Positions 36,630 through 46,214 of a DNA stretch of 64,000 bases are shown here, piece after piece (the stretch's first letter is position 1; the number at the start of each line of letters is the position of its first letter). The position numbers and the translations under genes were made by a program. A model generated the notes under the pieces. That model made no database searches, was not told where the DNA came from, and worked only from the letters and a program-made list of their open reading frames with translations. This stretch comes from Deltaproteobacteria bacterium (GTDB taxonomy: Bacteria; Desulfobacterota; DSM-4660; Desulfatiglandales; HGW-15), in NCBI GenBank assembly GCA_019310485.1, contig JAFDEF010000033.1:17174-81173 (forward strand), written 5' to 3'.

Positions 36630-36823
36630 CCTTATTCATGACCTCTATAGGCCCGGACGTTGATATGGCTAAAAGCATTGATTGTGACTTCACCATGCGA
36701 AAAGGCGGTCGGTGGGGGTGCTGATTTTGCCTCGCCGCTTGCCGGAGAACTGGATTCATTGGAGACTGTGGTGATTTATTACCGGGTGCGGTGAAATTCT
36801 TATGGAAAAAGAGAAGAGATAGC

Positions 36824-38689
36824 ATGAGAGAGGAAATTCTTTTAGGAAACGGAGCCATAGCACTGGGACTTGTTGAGGCGGGATGCCAGGTGGTGACCTC
36901 GTATCCCGGCACTCCCAGTTCTGAAATCCTTCCGGAAGTGGTCAGGCTTGTTAAATCTGAGAAGCTTGACACTTATGTGGAATGGTCTACAAATGAAAAA
37001 GTAGCATTTGATAATGCTTTTGCAGCAAGCATTACGGGAAAAAGGGCAGCCTGTTGCATGAAACAGGTGGGCCTCAACGTTGCTGCGGATTCATTGATGA
37101 GTTCTGCATATTTAGGGGCAGTTGGAGGGCTTCTTATTATATCTGCAGACGATCCTGGCCCGCATTCATCTCAAACAGAACAAGACACACGTTTTATGGC
37201 ACGACTTGCCAAAGTTCCTGTTCTGGATCCCTCAAACCCTCAAGAAGCAAGGGAAATGGTCGGACTTGGATTGGAAATATCTGAAGAGTTCAGAGTCCCG
37301 GTGGTCCTCAGGCCTGCCATTAGAGTATGCCATGCGCGGCAAAATATCGCTTTCGGCAAGATTGAGAAAAACCAGAGCAAAAGTGTTTTCCAAAAAGATC
37401 CCATGAGGTGGGCAGCAACGCCGCGCTTTCGTCTGATTCTTCACGGCGAGCTCAACAAGAAGCTGGACCAAATCGGTGAAAAGTTTGAAGGCCTCTCCAG
37501 GTATAATTTCCACAATCTCCAACCGGGCACCAGTTACCCCCTGGGCATTGTGACGGGGGGAGTGCCTTATGCTGTCATTGTGGACATTCTTTCAGAAGAA
37601 GGCCGCTCCAGCGACATTCCTGTACTTAAGATAGGAACTCCTTTTCCCTTCCCGCAGAAACTGGCCGATGAATTCGTTTCCGCCTGCGAGAAAGTCCTTG
37701 TTGTTGAAGAAACCGATACTCTTATAGAATACCTGCTAAGAGACAGGCACAAGGTGCTCGGGCGGCTTAGTGGACATGTCCCCAAGGAGGGAGAGCTCGT
37801 TCCGGGCGTGGTTCACGAAATCCTCAACAAGGTGCTCCGGGACCTGGGCATGGAAGCACTTCAAGAGGATGATACCGAGGCCGCAGAACTCCTTAAGACC
37901 CTTAACCTTCCTGTTCGAAAACCCACCTTATGCCCCGGATGTCCTCACAGGGCTGCTTTCTTTGCTATTAGGAAAACCAGACCAAAGGCTATATTTACCT
38001 CTGATATAGGGTGCTACACCCTCGGTGTTAACCTGGGTGCGGTTGATACGTGTCTTGACATGGGAGCAGCCATTACCATGGCTTCCGGCTTCTATCATGC
38101 ATTTGAGCAGGATGGCGTTGAAAAACCTATTGTTGCCACCATTGGAGATTCAACCTTCTTTCACTCAGGGACAGCCGGGCTGCTGAATGCCGTGTACAAC
38201 GGTGCGCGATTTATCCTTGTAATTCTGGACAACCTGACAACTGCGATGACCGGCATGCAGCCGACACCTTCTCTGGGCATAAGAGCTGATGGAAGCGAGG
38301 GGAAGGCGATTTCCCTTGAAAGAGCTGTGGCGGGCTGCGGCGTTGATTTCATTGAAGTCGTGGATCCTTATAACATTAAGGAGATGACACAGGCGATCAA
38401 AAAGGCAACCCAATACGTCAGTGAACCCCAGGGTGGGGTAGCGGTTATCATCTCACGGCATCCGTGTCTGATTGCTTACAGAGACGAGGCGATACCAGAG
38501 AAAAAGATTGTTACCGTGAGCGACGATTGCGAAGACTGCAATTTTTGCATTGATCGCTTCGAGTGCCCCGCCCTTTACCATGATCAGGAGCTGGGCCGAA
38601 TAAACATCAACAGGCAGATTTGCTCAAACTGTGGCGTCTGTGTTCAAATATGCCCGAAGGGCGCGATTGTGGAGGTTGATGAATCCTGA
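36824..38689 (+). CDS. iorA: indolepyruvate:ferredoxin oxidoreductase subunit alpha
   Basis: N-terminus LLGNGAIALGLVEAGCQVVTSYPGTPSSEI. TPP motif IGDSTFFHSG. C-terminal 2x[4Fe-4S] motifs (CEDCNFCIDRFECP, CSNCGVCVQICP). ATG 36824 is preferred over the track's GTG 36791. Confidence 0.9.
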   Translation: MREEILLGNGAIALGLVEAGCQVVTSYPGTPSSEILPEVVRLVKSEKLDTYVEWSTNEKVAFDNAFAASITGKRAACCMKQVGLNVAADSLMSSAYLGAVGGLLIISADDPGPHSSQTEQDTRFMARLAKVPVLDPSNPQEAREMVGLGLEISEEFRVPVVLRPAIRVCHARQNIAFGKIEKNQSKSVFQKDPMRWAATPRFRLILHGELNKKLDQIGEKFEGLSRYNFHNLQPGTSYPLGIVTGGVPYAVIVDILSEEGRSSDIPVLKIGTPFPFPQKLADEFVSACEKVLVVEETDTLIEYLLRDRHKVLGRLSGHVPKEGELVPGVVHEILNKVLRDLGMEALQEDDTEAAELLKTLNLPVRKPTLCPGCPHRAAFFAIRKTRPKAIFTSDIGCYTLGVNLGAVDTCLDMGAAITMASGFYHAFEQDGVEKPIVATIGDSTFFHSGTAGLLNAVYNGARFILVILDNLTTAMTGMQPTPSLGIRADGSEGKAISLERAVAGCGVDFIEVVDPYNIKEMTQAIKKATQYVSEPQGGVAVIISRHPCLIAYRDEAIPEKKIVTVSDDCEDCNFCIDRFECPALYHDQELGRININRQICSNCGVCVQICPKGAIVEVDES

Positions 38690-39258
38690 TGGACAGTGTT
38701 GACATTGTTCTTTGCGGACTTGGTGGCCAGGGAATACTTTTCATGACCAGAGTGATTGCACAGGCTGCACTCGATAAGGGTTTAAATATTATGGGCGCAG
38801 AAACACACGGCATGGCCCAGAGGGGGGGATCAGTGGTCTCTCACCTGAGGCTCGGGCAGGCACAAGGGTCTTTGGTGAGAACCGGCTCAGCCCATTTTCT
38901 CCTAGGGCTGGATGAAAATGAGGCATACAGAAACCTGCCCTTTCTGGCAAAGGGAGCAAGCATGTACGTGAACGCTGATCCCAAGAATTTCCCTAGACAG
39001 GAAGTAAGAGATTTCTTGGCCAAGAGAAATGTGACCTATCACGCAATACCTGCTGGAAACATAGCCATGGCACTTAGTGCCCCCCAGTCATCAAACCTGG
39101 CTCTGCTTGGATACTTCTCTGCTTTTAGTGAGGGCCCGGTCAGCAAAGGCGAATTTGTGGCCACCATAGAGCGTCTGAGCCCTGAGCGATATAGAGAGAA
39201 AAACCTTGAAATATTTGAGGCAGGCTTGAGCAGGGGGCTTGAGGAGAAAGGAGCGTGA
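38689..39258 (+). CDS. iorB: indolepyruvate:ferredoxin oxidoreductase subunit beta
   Basis: 189 aa. LCGLGGQGILFMTRVIA...ETHGMAQRGGSV is typical of the 2-oxoacid:ferredoxin oxidoreductase gamma-type subunit. Its ATG overlaps the iorA stop (TGATG). Confidence 0.85.
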   Translation: MDSVDIVLCGLGGQGILFMTRVIAQAALDKGLNIMGAETHGMAQRGGSVVSHLRLGQAQGSLVRTGSAHFLLGLDENEAYRNLPFLAKGASMYVNADPKNFPRQEVRDFLAKRNVTYHAIPAGNIAMALSAPQSSNLALLGYFSAFSEGPVSKGEFVATIERLSPERYREKNLEIFEAGLSRGLEEKGA

Positions 39259-39878
39259 ACAAGATTGCGGGCCTTGTCTTGGCGGCTGGAGCGTCCGCAA
39301 GAATGGGGCAGCCCAAGCAGTTACTCCCTGCAGGAGGCATGGCAGTCCTTGACCGTGTCCTTCAACAGGCCCTGAAATCAAGGCTTGATTTAGTTGTGGT
39401 CGTACTTGGCCATAAAGCTCAAGAAATAAAGAACAATCTGAGCAGCGACTTATCTCATCCTAAGTTCAAAGTTGTTCACAACAAAGACTATAGAAAAGGG
39501 ATGAGCTCTTCTATCATCGCAGGGTTGAGCGCTGTGGAAAATGACTATGATCACATTATGATCATTCTGGGAGACATGCCGCTTGTGAGCTCCGATGTTA
39601 TAGACCATCTCATTGAGGAAGTCCTGAAATCAGGAAAGCCTTTGGGGGCAATAAAGGTTGGGAACAGGCGCTCTCACCCTGTTGTCATCAGCCGCAGCTT
39701 TTACCCCCAGCTTCACCAGCTAAAAGGAGATATTGGGGCCCGACATGTGCTTGCCGAAAACCCTGAGAAAATCTGCTTTGTAAGCCCAGGACAAGACTTC
39801 AAAGACTTGGATATTGATAGTATGGAAGACTACTTAGGGCTCAAGAAATTCCTTGAAGATCAAGGGGAAAAAGAATGA
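39255..39878 (+). CDS. MobA/MocA-like nucleotidyltransferase (molybdenum cofactor cytidylyl/guanylyl-transferase family)
   Basis: The N-terminal signature is IAGLVLAAGASARMGQPKQLLP. The GTG start overlaps the iorB stop (GTGA). Confidence 0.75.
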   Translation: MNKIAGLVLAAGASARMGQPKQLLPAGGMAVLDRVLQQALKSRLDLVVVVLGHKAQEIKNNLSSDLSHPKFKVVHNKDYRKGMSSSIIAGLSAVENDYDHIMIILGDMPLVSSDVIDHLIEEVLKSGKPLGAIKVGNRRSHPVVISRSFYPQLHQLKGDIGARHVLAENPEKICFVSPGQDFKDLDIDSMEDYLGLKKFLEDQGEKE

Positions 39879-40002
39879 ATGAGTCCTGCTCTTCACACAA
39901 TCTGTTTTCGCCAGACTCCCTAAAAGCCCCCAGACAAGCCCCCTTCATCTAAAGCATTGAATGGTGAAAGAGGCATGTCAAATACGTATATCGTGTTCAC
40001 AT

Positions 40003-40117
40003 CAATCCGCCAGAGGCGGACAAGCCCGCCAGAGGCGGACAAGGGTTTGATTCCCCGCCCCTTGGGGCGGTTAAGATGGTTTCCGATTGATACCCCGCTG
40101 CTTGCGGCGGGGAAGTT
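40003..40117 (+). repeat. F1 mosaic hairpin repeat, copy 2
   Basis: Two CCGCCAGAGGCGGAC units are followed by aagggtttgattccccgccccttggggcggttaagatggtttccgattgataCCCCGCTGCTTGCGGCGGGG. Confidence 0.9.
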
Positions 40118-40314
40118 TCATGGGAAGGCGGCCCCAGGACGTCAAAACATAGCCATAAACGTGGCCCCCAGATCCGCTGATTTGCCATAGCCTGGGATAA
40201 TGAAATGAGATGGGATCTTCATCGCGAATCGAATGGATTGCCTTTTTTTAAAGTTGTTTCACTCTTGACAGCATGCCATCCATCTCCCACCAGGTCCTTT
40301 CCATCACCTTTAGG

Positions 40315-40530
40315 CTAAAACATCAGGGCAGCGGGGATCTCGTTATTCAGGCCGGCATAAGACACACTGTACTCCTGCCAGTGCTCTTCAAGGGGTCTCA
40401 ATTGTGGATCATCGCTGGAGAGCACGTGCTGCGAAAGCTCAGGATAGGAGGCACAGGCGGCCATAACACCGAAAAAAATCACCATGAAAGCATAACTTAC
40501 AAGCTTCTTTCCTTTAGTCATTTCTTCCAT
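40315..40530 (-). CDS. small hypothetical lipoprotein
   Basis: 71 aa with a lipobox-like FFGVMAAC after a basic N-terminus. No family recognised, and the RBS is weak. Confidence 0.4.
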   Translation of the reverse strand: MEEMTKGKKLVSYAFMVIFFGVMAACASYPELSQHVLSSDDPQLRPLEEHWQEYSVSYAGLNNEIPAALMF

Positions 40531-40688
40531 CCTTTGGCAGTTTCTACTGTTTAGTTTAAAAATAATAACTCTCTGCGTGTTTCCGATTCATTTTTCTTTG
40601 TGCTCCTTTTGAGGCCGGCCCTCAAGAAATGCTTGACCAATGAGGGAGTTTGTTATACACGTTTACCCACATGACTCCTGGAAAGGGA

Positions 40689-40914
40689 CCCCAATTCACC
40701 ATCAAACACCATCTGCCGTTCGAGAGGCTCACGGCCCTGAGCATAGCCGAAGGGCTGCGTTGCGCTCATACCTCGTCCCTGCGGCGTACGCGGTGAATGT
40801 ACGCCTCGCTTCTCGGGATTTCGCAAGCCTTGCACCTGATGCTTGCTGGTGAACGGGGTTAGTCCTAAAGCATTTGCTTTTGGTAGACAAACCAAAAGTT
40901 GACGGTGGATTTAG
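40689..40914 (+). mobile_element. ~225-bp MITE-like structured repeat, family F2, copy A
   Basis: Roughly 90% identical by eye to 48770-48991 in the same orientation. It has imperfect terminal inverted repeats: ATTCACCATCAA (40694-40705) against the reverse complement of ttgacggtggat (40899-40910), 10/12. There are several internal hairpins and no credible ORF. Confidence 0.8.
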
Positions 40915-40951
40915 AGAGATTACCATAATTGACGAGGAGGCTAAGGTACAA

Positions 40952-41422
40952 ATGGAAAGGAAACTCACCTCTCTTTTTGTAGCAATTCTGGTGGCTTTGG
41001 CAGCTATATCATGCGCTGTCCTGGCGGTTCAGGCTCACGGAGAAAAACTCGCAAATGCAGCAGCCTACAAGGGTGACACGAGTTCCCCAAACCTCGACAT
41101 AATAATAATAAATAATGAAGGCTACGAACGGGACAGAAAAGGACCCGTCACGTTTACCCATAGGAAACACGCCCTGGACTATGGGGTTTCCTGCTGGAAA
41201 TGTCACCATGACTACGAAGACGGGAAAAATTTGTGGTCTCCCTGGGGCGAAACCTTAAAGTGTAGCGAGTGCCACATGCCTTCTGAAGACGTGGACAATG
41301 TGATGAACCTGCAGAAGGCATTTCATGAAAGATGCAAGAACTGCCACAGGGAACTGGCAAAAGAGAAAAAAAAGACAGGGCCCTACCGAAAATGCTATGG
41401 CTGTCACGCAAAGAAAAAATAG
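40952..41422 (+). CDS. tetraheme cytochrome c3-family protein, exported
   Basis: The ATG at 40952 has GAGGAGG upstream (the track starts at TTG 40874). It has a signal peptide and four CxxCH motifs (CWKCH, CSECH, CKNCH, CYGCH) in about 110 mature residues. Confidence 0.85.
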   Translation: MERKLTSLFVAILVALAAISCAVLAVQAHGEKLANAAAYKGDTSSPNLDIIIINNEGYERDRKGPVTFTHRKHALDYGVSCWKCHHDYEDGKNLWSPWGETLKCSECHMPSEDVDNVMNLQKAFHERCKNCHRELAKEKKKTGPYRKCYGCHAKKK

Positions 41423-41521
41423 AACGCTTTTGCAAGAATTTCAGCCACCCGTGTTTCCTGGATAACAAAATCTGGCGATTATCCCATGGAGACCCTTGAA
41501 ACAAACAAGGTCCGGGGGCAA

Positions 41522-43945
41522 TTACCGGTTTGCGAGGTACTTTAGCTGGTAATATCCGGGCTCTATAAGGATTTCTACTGCCCCTCTCCTATCGATGCGG
41601 ACTGTTTTGCACCCGAAAACCCGAAGCCTTTCAAGAGCCTCCTTGTTTGGGAAGTGAAAAGGATTGCCGGCTCCTGATGAAATAATACAGAGCTGAGGTT
41701 TTACATATTCAAGAAAAAGAGTTGAGCACGAAGTCTTGCTCCCATGATGAGGGGCGAGCAAAATGTTACTTCTAAGCTTTGTGCTTGAATTAGAAACAAC
41801 CATTCTTTCACCCGCTGCTTCCAGATCACCTGGAAAGAGACAAGATACGCCGCCCCATGAAAATTTCAGCACCAGAGATCTGTTATTGCCCTTAAGCACT
41901 CCAGCCCCGGGAGGAGGATGAAGGAGTTCCACTTTTACCCCTCCTATCTTCCTGGCTTGCCTTAAGTCGTCAGGAAAAATTTGAAGGAGGTTTTTCGCCC
42001 TGACTGTTTTCATTAGTTCATGAAAGGATTCTGTTTCTACCCATTCTCCGTTACTCCAGAACTCCTTTACGTGAAAATGAGCTGCTAAAAAGCGAAGGCC
42101 GTCCATGTGGTCGGTCTGAGGATGGGTCAAAACAATGTAATCTATGCGCCTTATTTTGGAGTAAAACAAGAAGGGGGCCAGAACTCTTTGCCCAACATCA
42201 AAATTGCCCCCGGAAAAGCCCCCGCCATCCACGATCATTCTTTTCCTTCCCGGGAACTGAACCAGTGCGGCGTTTCCCTGTCCCACGTCAAGATAAGTTA
42301 TCCGCAGATTTCTGTTAAATTGAGTCTTCCACGTCCAAAATGAAACATCCAGTACAATCAAGAGCACAACTCCATAAAGCCCGGGCCGCGCCCATCGCCA
42401 ACGCTTCCTGTAATGAAGGAGAATCAGGAAGGCGTAAAAGAGCACAATTTCAAAAGCATTTGGTGTAACGAGCCATAGCGAAGAAAATCCTGAGCTGCCC
42501 AGGAAATGAACTATAGCAACAACCGTGTTGAGTGCATGAGCATCGAGTTGCAAAAGAAAATGTGCTAATAGTTGCGAAAAAGGTACCAGAAAGGCGACAA
42601 GGAGCCCCAGGGGTAAAACCACTATTCCTAAAATAGGTACTACAATGCAGTTAGCCGGAACTGACACCACAGAGATCCTATGAAAATAAAAGACAGTTAT
42701 GGGAAGCAAAAAAACCGTTGCAGATATGGTAATAGAGATCAGTCCGGCAACATACCGATAGATCTGCGCCCCAACACTTGCTGACTGCTCCGCCAGTGGA
42801 AAAAATCCCACAAACTTGTGGTAGAAATACGGTCCAAGCCAGAGGATGCCCACAACTGCAAGAAAAGAAAGCTGGAAAGATATTCCCAGAAGAGCATGCG
42901 GATCTGCTGCCAGCACTACCAGGGCAGCAAGGCAAAGCGTTGACCACACTTCCCTTTCCCTGCCCAAGATTATCGAAAAAAGATAGGCAACAACCATAAT
43001 CATAGCTCTCTGAGTGGAAACGTGAAATCCGGCCAGAAAAGCGTATGCAATAACAGGAATACATGTCAGAACTGCGGCAAGCCTTCGCACTTCAATTCTC
43101 AGTGCCAGCCTGTAGGAAAAGGATAGTGAAATTTTCAGAATGCTAAAAAAAATCCACGCAACAAGCCCGATATGGAGGCCTGAAACCGCCAGCACATGCC
43201 CCAGACCCGCGGCCTGAAAATCTTCTCTTAGCTCGACATCAATGTTTTGCCTTTCGCCAAGGATAAGCGCGCTGAACAAAGCTCCCTCCTGCTGGGAAAG
43301 CTCTTTGTCAAGGAACATCCTCAGAGGCTTCCGCACTTTCTCTAGCTGCTCGCTGGGAAAGCCCAGTGAGCCTTTTCCCAGAGGCACGACACGTCTTCCG
43401 TCTGATACTGATGCTGCACAAGAAAATCCCTTCAGGCGCATTGCCAGCTCATAGTCATAGTGGCCGGGGTTGGCGAAATTCCTGAAGGGCTTTAGCCTGG
43501 CCGGACAAATGACCCTATCCCCGGGAGCGAATTTCCTGGCACTGTCATAAACTGTCACCACCACCTTTTCTCTGACATGCCTAAGCCTTCCCTCCACAAG
43601 GACCTTGTCTGCCTCTACTGCCAGCTTTGTGTATCTTCTCCCTATCCTTGGAGGTTCCAGCACTACTCCCTGGATAACAGCGATTGGCCGCTGGTCTGCC
43701 AATGTCGCCAGTTCACCGCTGCGGCGAGAACCAAAGTCTAAAAAGACTCCAAAAAGAAAGAACACCGCTACCAGGCATGCCAACTTGAGCCCCGAAGGCA
43801 GGAAGAGGATCAGAACCAGAGCAGCACATATCCAGAGGAAAATGCTGTGAGAAGAATAGAAAGGAAAAGCAGGCAGGCAGTAATACGAAACAAGTATTCC
43901 CGCCAGCATCGAGAAAAGTAAAGGGAGGAGTGGGCGCCCGAGCAT
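41522..43945 (-). CDS. comEC: DNA internalization-related competence protein ComEC/Rec2 (with C-terminal MBL domain)
   Basis: Polytopic competence domain (LAVSGLHIGL...) plus an MBL domain (LDVGQGNAALV...VLTHPQTDHMDG). I prefer ATG 43945 (MLGRPLLPLLF), which lies one nucleotide after the murA stop codon (TAA-C-ATG). The track start at 44095 lies inside murA. Confidence 0.9.
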   Translation of the reverse strand: MLGRPLLPLLFSMLAGILVSYYCLPAFPFYSSHSIFLWICAALVLILFLPSGLKLACLVAVFFLFGVFLDFGSRRSGELATLADQRPIAVIQGVVLEPPRIGRRYTKLAVEADKVLVEGRLRHVREKVVVTVYDSARKFAPGDRVICPARLKPFRNFANPGHYDYELAMRLKGFSCAASVSDGRRVVPLGKGSLGFPSEQLEKVRKPLRMFLDKELSQQEGALFSALILGERQNIDVELREDFQAAGLGHVLAVSGLHIGLVAWIFFSILKISLSFSYRLALRIEVRRLAAVLTCIPVIAYAFLAGFHVSTQRAMIMVVAYLFSIILGREREVWSTLCLAALVVLAADPHALLGISFQLSFLAVVGILWLGPYFYHKFVGFFPLAEQSASVGAQIYRYVAGLISITISATVFLLPITVFYFHRISVVSVPANCIVVPILGIVVLPLGLLVAFLVPFSQLLAHFLLQLDAHALNTVVAIVHFLGSSGFSSLWLVTPNAFEIVLFYAFLILLHYRKRWRWARPGLYGVVLLIVLDVSFWTWKTQFNRNLRITYLDVGQGNAALVQFPGRKRMIVDGGGFSGGNFDVGQRVLAPFLFYSKIRRIDYIVLTHPQTDHMDGLRFLAAHFHVKEFWSNGEWVETESFHELMKTVRAKNLLQIFPDDLRQARKIGGVKVELLHPPPGAGVLKGNNRSLVLKFSWGGVSCLFPGDLEAAGERMVVSNSSTKLRSNILLAPHHGSKTSCSTLFLEYVKPQLCIISSGAGNPFHFPNKEALERLRVFGCKTVRIDRRGAVEILIEPGYYQLKYLANR

Positions 43946-43946
43946 G

Positions 43947-45206
43947 TTAAATTTTTTCTCGCCATATGCTGGCGCCGAGCGCCTGGAATTTCTTTTCCAG
44001 TGCTTCGTATCCCCTGTCCAGGTGGTAAATGCGGTTGACTTCCGTTCTGCCCCCTTCTGCCACCAGGCCGGCGAGCACAAGGGATGCACTTGCACGGAGA
44101 TCAGTTGCCATCACAGGGGCAGGGAGAAGGCGCTCCTTACCTACAACCAGTGCTTGATTGCCCCGGATCCTGATTTCGGCCCCCATCCTTCTTAATTCAC
44201 TTACGTGGATAAACCTGTTTTCAAACACTGTCTCCCTTATTACGCTAGAGCCTTTTGCAATACACATAAGGGCCATAAACTGGGCCTGCAAGTCTGTTGG
44301 AAACCCAGGGAACGGCATGGTCTCAATATCCACGCTTATTATTGGATCCTGTCCCTGAACTACCAGCCCGTTTTGCATTTCCCTGACTGTGGCACCCGCA
44401 CTATGCAGTTTTTCAATGACTGCAGCAAGATGCTCGGGGCGACAACCTTCTATACTCACGCTTCCTTTTGTTATGGCAGCAGCAATCATTAAGGTTCCCG
44501 CCTCAATCCTGTCAGGAATTATCGAATGTTCCGGTGCAGGAGATAGCTCCTTGACGCCTTCCACCACTATCGTATCAGTACCATCCCCCTCGATGTGAGC
44601 ACCCATAGCTCGGAGAAAATCGGCGAGGTCGACTATTTCAGGTTCCTTTGCAGCATTTTCCAGTATCGTAGTCCCCTCTGCCCTGACCGCAGCCATTAAA
44701 ATATTTTCAGTGCCAGTAACCGTTGGAATGTCAAAAAAAATCTTCGCCCCTTTCAGCCTGTCGACAGTGGCGTTAATGTAGCCCCTGTCAAGGAACATAT
44801 CCACGCCCATTGCGGCAAGGGCCCTGAGGTGCAAATTTATGGGGCGGGCCCCGATAGCACATCCTCCTGGCAGCGATATCTTTGCCCTGCCAAGCCTGGC
44901 CAACAAGGGCCCAAGGAGAAGGATGGAGGCTCTCATAGTCTTCACCAGTCCGTAAGGGGCAAAATATCCGCTTACCTCGGCTGTATCAACGGAAAGGACC
45001 CCGTTTTCTTCAGAAAAACCGACTCCCATTCCAGACATAATCGTTTTTATGGTCTGAACGTCCTTGAGGTGGGGAACATTCTTAAGACGGTGTGTTCCTT
45101 GTGCAAGGAAGCATGCCGCAATCACGGGAAGCGCTGCATTTTTAGCACCGCTAACCCTGACGGCTCCTTTAAGTGGGGCCCCCCCCTCAATTACAATCTT
45201 TTCCAT
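43947..45206 (-). CDS. murA: UDP-N-acetylglucosamine 1-carboxyvinyltransferase
   Basis: 419 aa with a full-length MurA pattern (MEKIVIEGGAPLKGAVRVSGAKNAALP...GCAIGARPINLH...). Confidence 0.95.
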   Translation of the reverse strand: MEKIVIEGGAPLKGAVRVSGAKNAALPVIAACFLAQGTHRLKNVPHLKDVQTIKTIMSGMGVGFSEENGVLSVDTAEVSGYFAPYGLVKTMRASILLLGPLLARLGRAKISLPGGCAIGARPINLHLRALAAMGVDMFLDRGYINATVDRLKGAKIFFDIPTVTGTENILMAAVRAEGTTILENAAKEPEIVDLADFLRAMGAHIEGDGTDTIVVEGVKELSPAPEHSIIPDRIEAGTLMIAAAITKGSVSIEGCRPEHLAAVIEKLHSAGATVREMQNGLVVQGQDPIISVDIETMPFPGFPTDLQAQFMALMCIAKGSSVIRETVFENRFIHVSELRRMGAEIRIRGNQALVVGKERLLPAPVMATDLRASASLVLAGLVAEGGRTEVNRIYHLDRGYEALEKKFQALGASIWREKI

Positions 45207-45388
45207 TGGCCAGCCTCCCAGATCCCCCCTCGCTTCCCTTTTTGTGCTCTAAGAAATCTTGCCTCTCACACTTGCTCATAACCTTTCGGCTTGGAGCATT
45301 TTTTTACCCACTGAGCCCAAAACAATCTATAATAAGCAAACAGTGAGAGTCAATAATTTCATCCTTTCCGCACAGCGAAGGTCATGTA

Positions 45389-45847
45389 ATGGGAAAGAAA
45401 TTTGTTGCAGATGCAATGCTTGGAAAGCTGGTAAAATGGCTCAGGGTAATGGGCTACGATGTCCGCTACCAGTCACACTACCCAAGTGGTTTGATTGATC
45501 GGTTGGTCAGAAACGAAGCCAGAACCTTATTATCCCGCAGGCTCAAAACGGTCGCAGGATACCAGGATGCCTTCTTAATCACAGCAGACAGTGTCCGGGA
45601 GCAACTCCTTGAGATGAAAATCCGCGGTCTCCTAACTCTGGGACGGTCCTCGTGGTTCAGCAGGTGCCTGCGATGTAATACGCTGCTAAAGGAGGCAACT
45701 CTAGAAGAGGCCTCCTTTAACATCCCGGACTATGTCCTCAATGAAAAGGTGGGAAAAATCAGCGTTTGCCCTTCATGCGGCCGTTACTACTGGCCGGGTA
45801 CCCACAGGGTGCGCATGGAAAAACAACTCGAGGAATGGGGTTTCTGA
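45389..45847 (+). CDS. Mut7-C RNase domain (DUF82) protein
   Basis: N-terminus FVADAMLGKLVKWLRVMGYDV and a C-terminal zinc-ribbon (CLRCN...CPSCGRYYWPGTH) are typical of this family. Confidence 0.75.
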   Translation: MGKKFVADAMLGKLVKWLRVMGYDVRYQSHYPSGLIDRLVRNEARTLLSRRLKTVAGYQDAFLITADSVREQLLEMKIRGLLTLGRSSWFSRCLRCNTLLKEATLEEASFNIPDYVLNEKVGKISVCPSCGRYYWPGTHRVRMEKQLEEWGF

Positions 45848-45930
45848 GACCATTCCCCTCTCACAAATCCACCTCTTCGCGATCAACACTTTGCGAAAAG
45901 GGCGTTTTGCTAAGGCCCTGGTTCAAAAGC

Positions 45931-45968
45931 AAAAAAAACAAAAGGGCATCCCCCTCAGGGCGTGCCCT
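45931..45968 (-). terminator. Rho-independent terminator of the Lys-rich protein gene
   Basis: The minus strand reads AGGGCACGCCCTGAGGGGGATGCCCT (stem AGGGCA/TGCCCT with an inner CCC/GGG) followed by TTTTGTTTTTTTT. Confidence 0.75.
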
Positions 45969-46001
45969 CACGGTGTAGCGTCTTTGCCGCTCGTCAGAGA
46001 A

Positions 46002-46214
46002 CTATCTTTTTCTCTTTCTGGCTGGAGCTTTCTTTTTCTTGGAGGCCGCTTTTTTCTTGGCCTTTGGCTTTGCCTTGGCTGCAGCCTTAGCTTTCTTAAG
46101 TTGCGCTTCTAAGCTTTTGACTTTTTTCTTCGCGGCTGTGACTTCTTGGTTAAGTTTTGTTAATCTTTTCTTTGCCTGCCCCATCCTGTATTGAATTTGT
46201 TTAACAGTTGCCAT
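46002..46214 (-). CDS. Lys/Ala-rich histone-H1-like nucleoid protein
   Basis: 70 aa. The N-terminus is coiled-coil-like. The C-terminal tail is AAAKAKPKAKKKAASKKKKAPARKRKR. It has its own terminator. Confidence 0.65.
   Translation of the reverse strand: MATVKQIQYRMGQAKKRLTKLNQEVTAAKKKVKSLEAQLKKAKAAAKAKPKAKKKAASKKKKAPARKRKR

Noticed and set aside
39957-40190. Short ORFs translated from the repeat families. Examples: 39957..40190, 39997..40188, 33322..33576, 51037..51321, 40640..40852, 40653..40895, 48620..48967, 48676..48954, 10672..10926 and 24520..24720.
   Set aside because: They coincide with the F1-F4 repeats. Their peptides (…PPEADKGLIPRPLGRL…, …GYAQGREPVERQMVFDGE…) are hairpin translations. 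Between-copy differences are not biased toward synonymous changes, and frames are not preserved outside the repeat.
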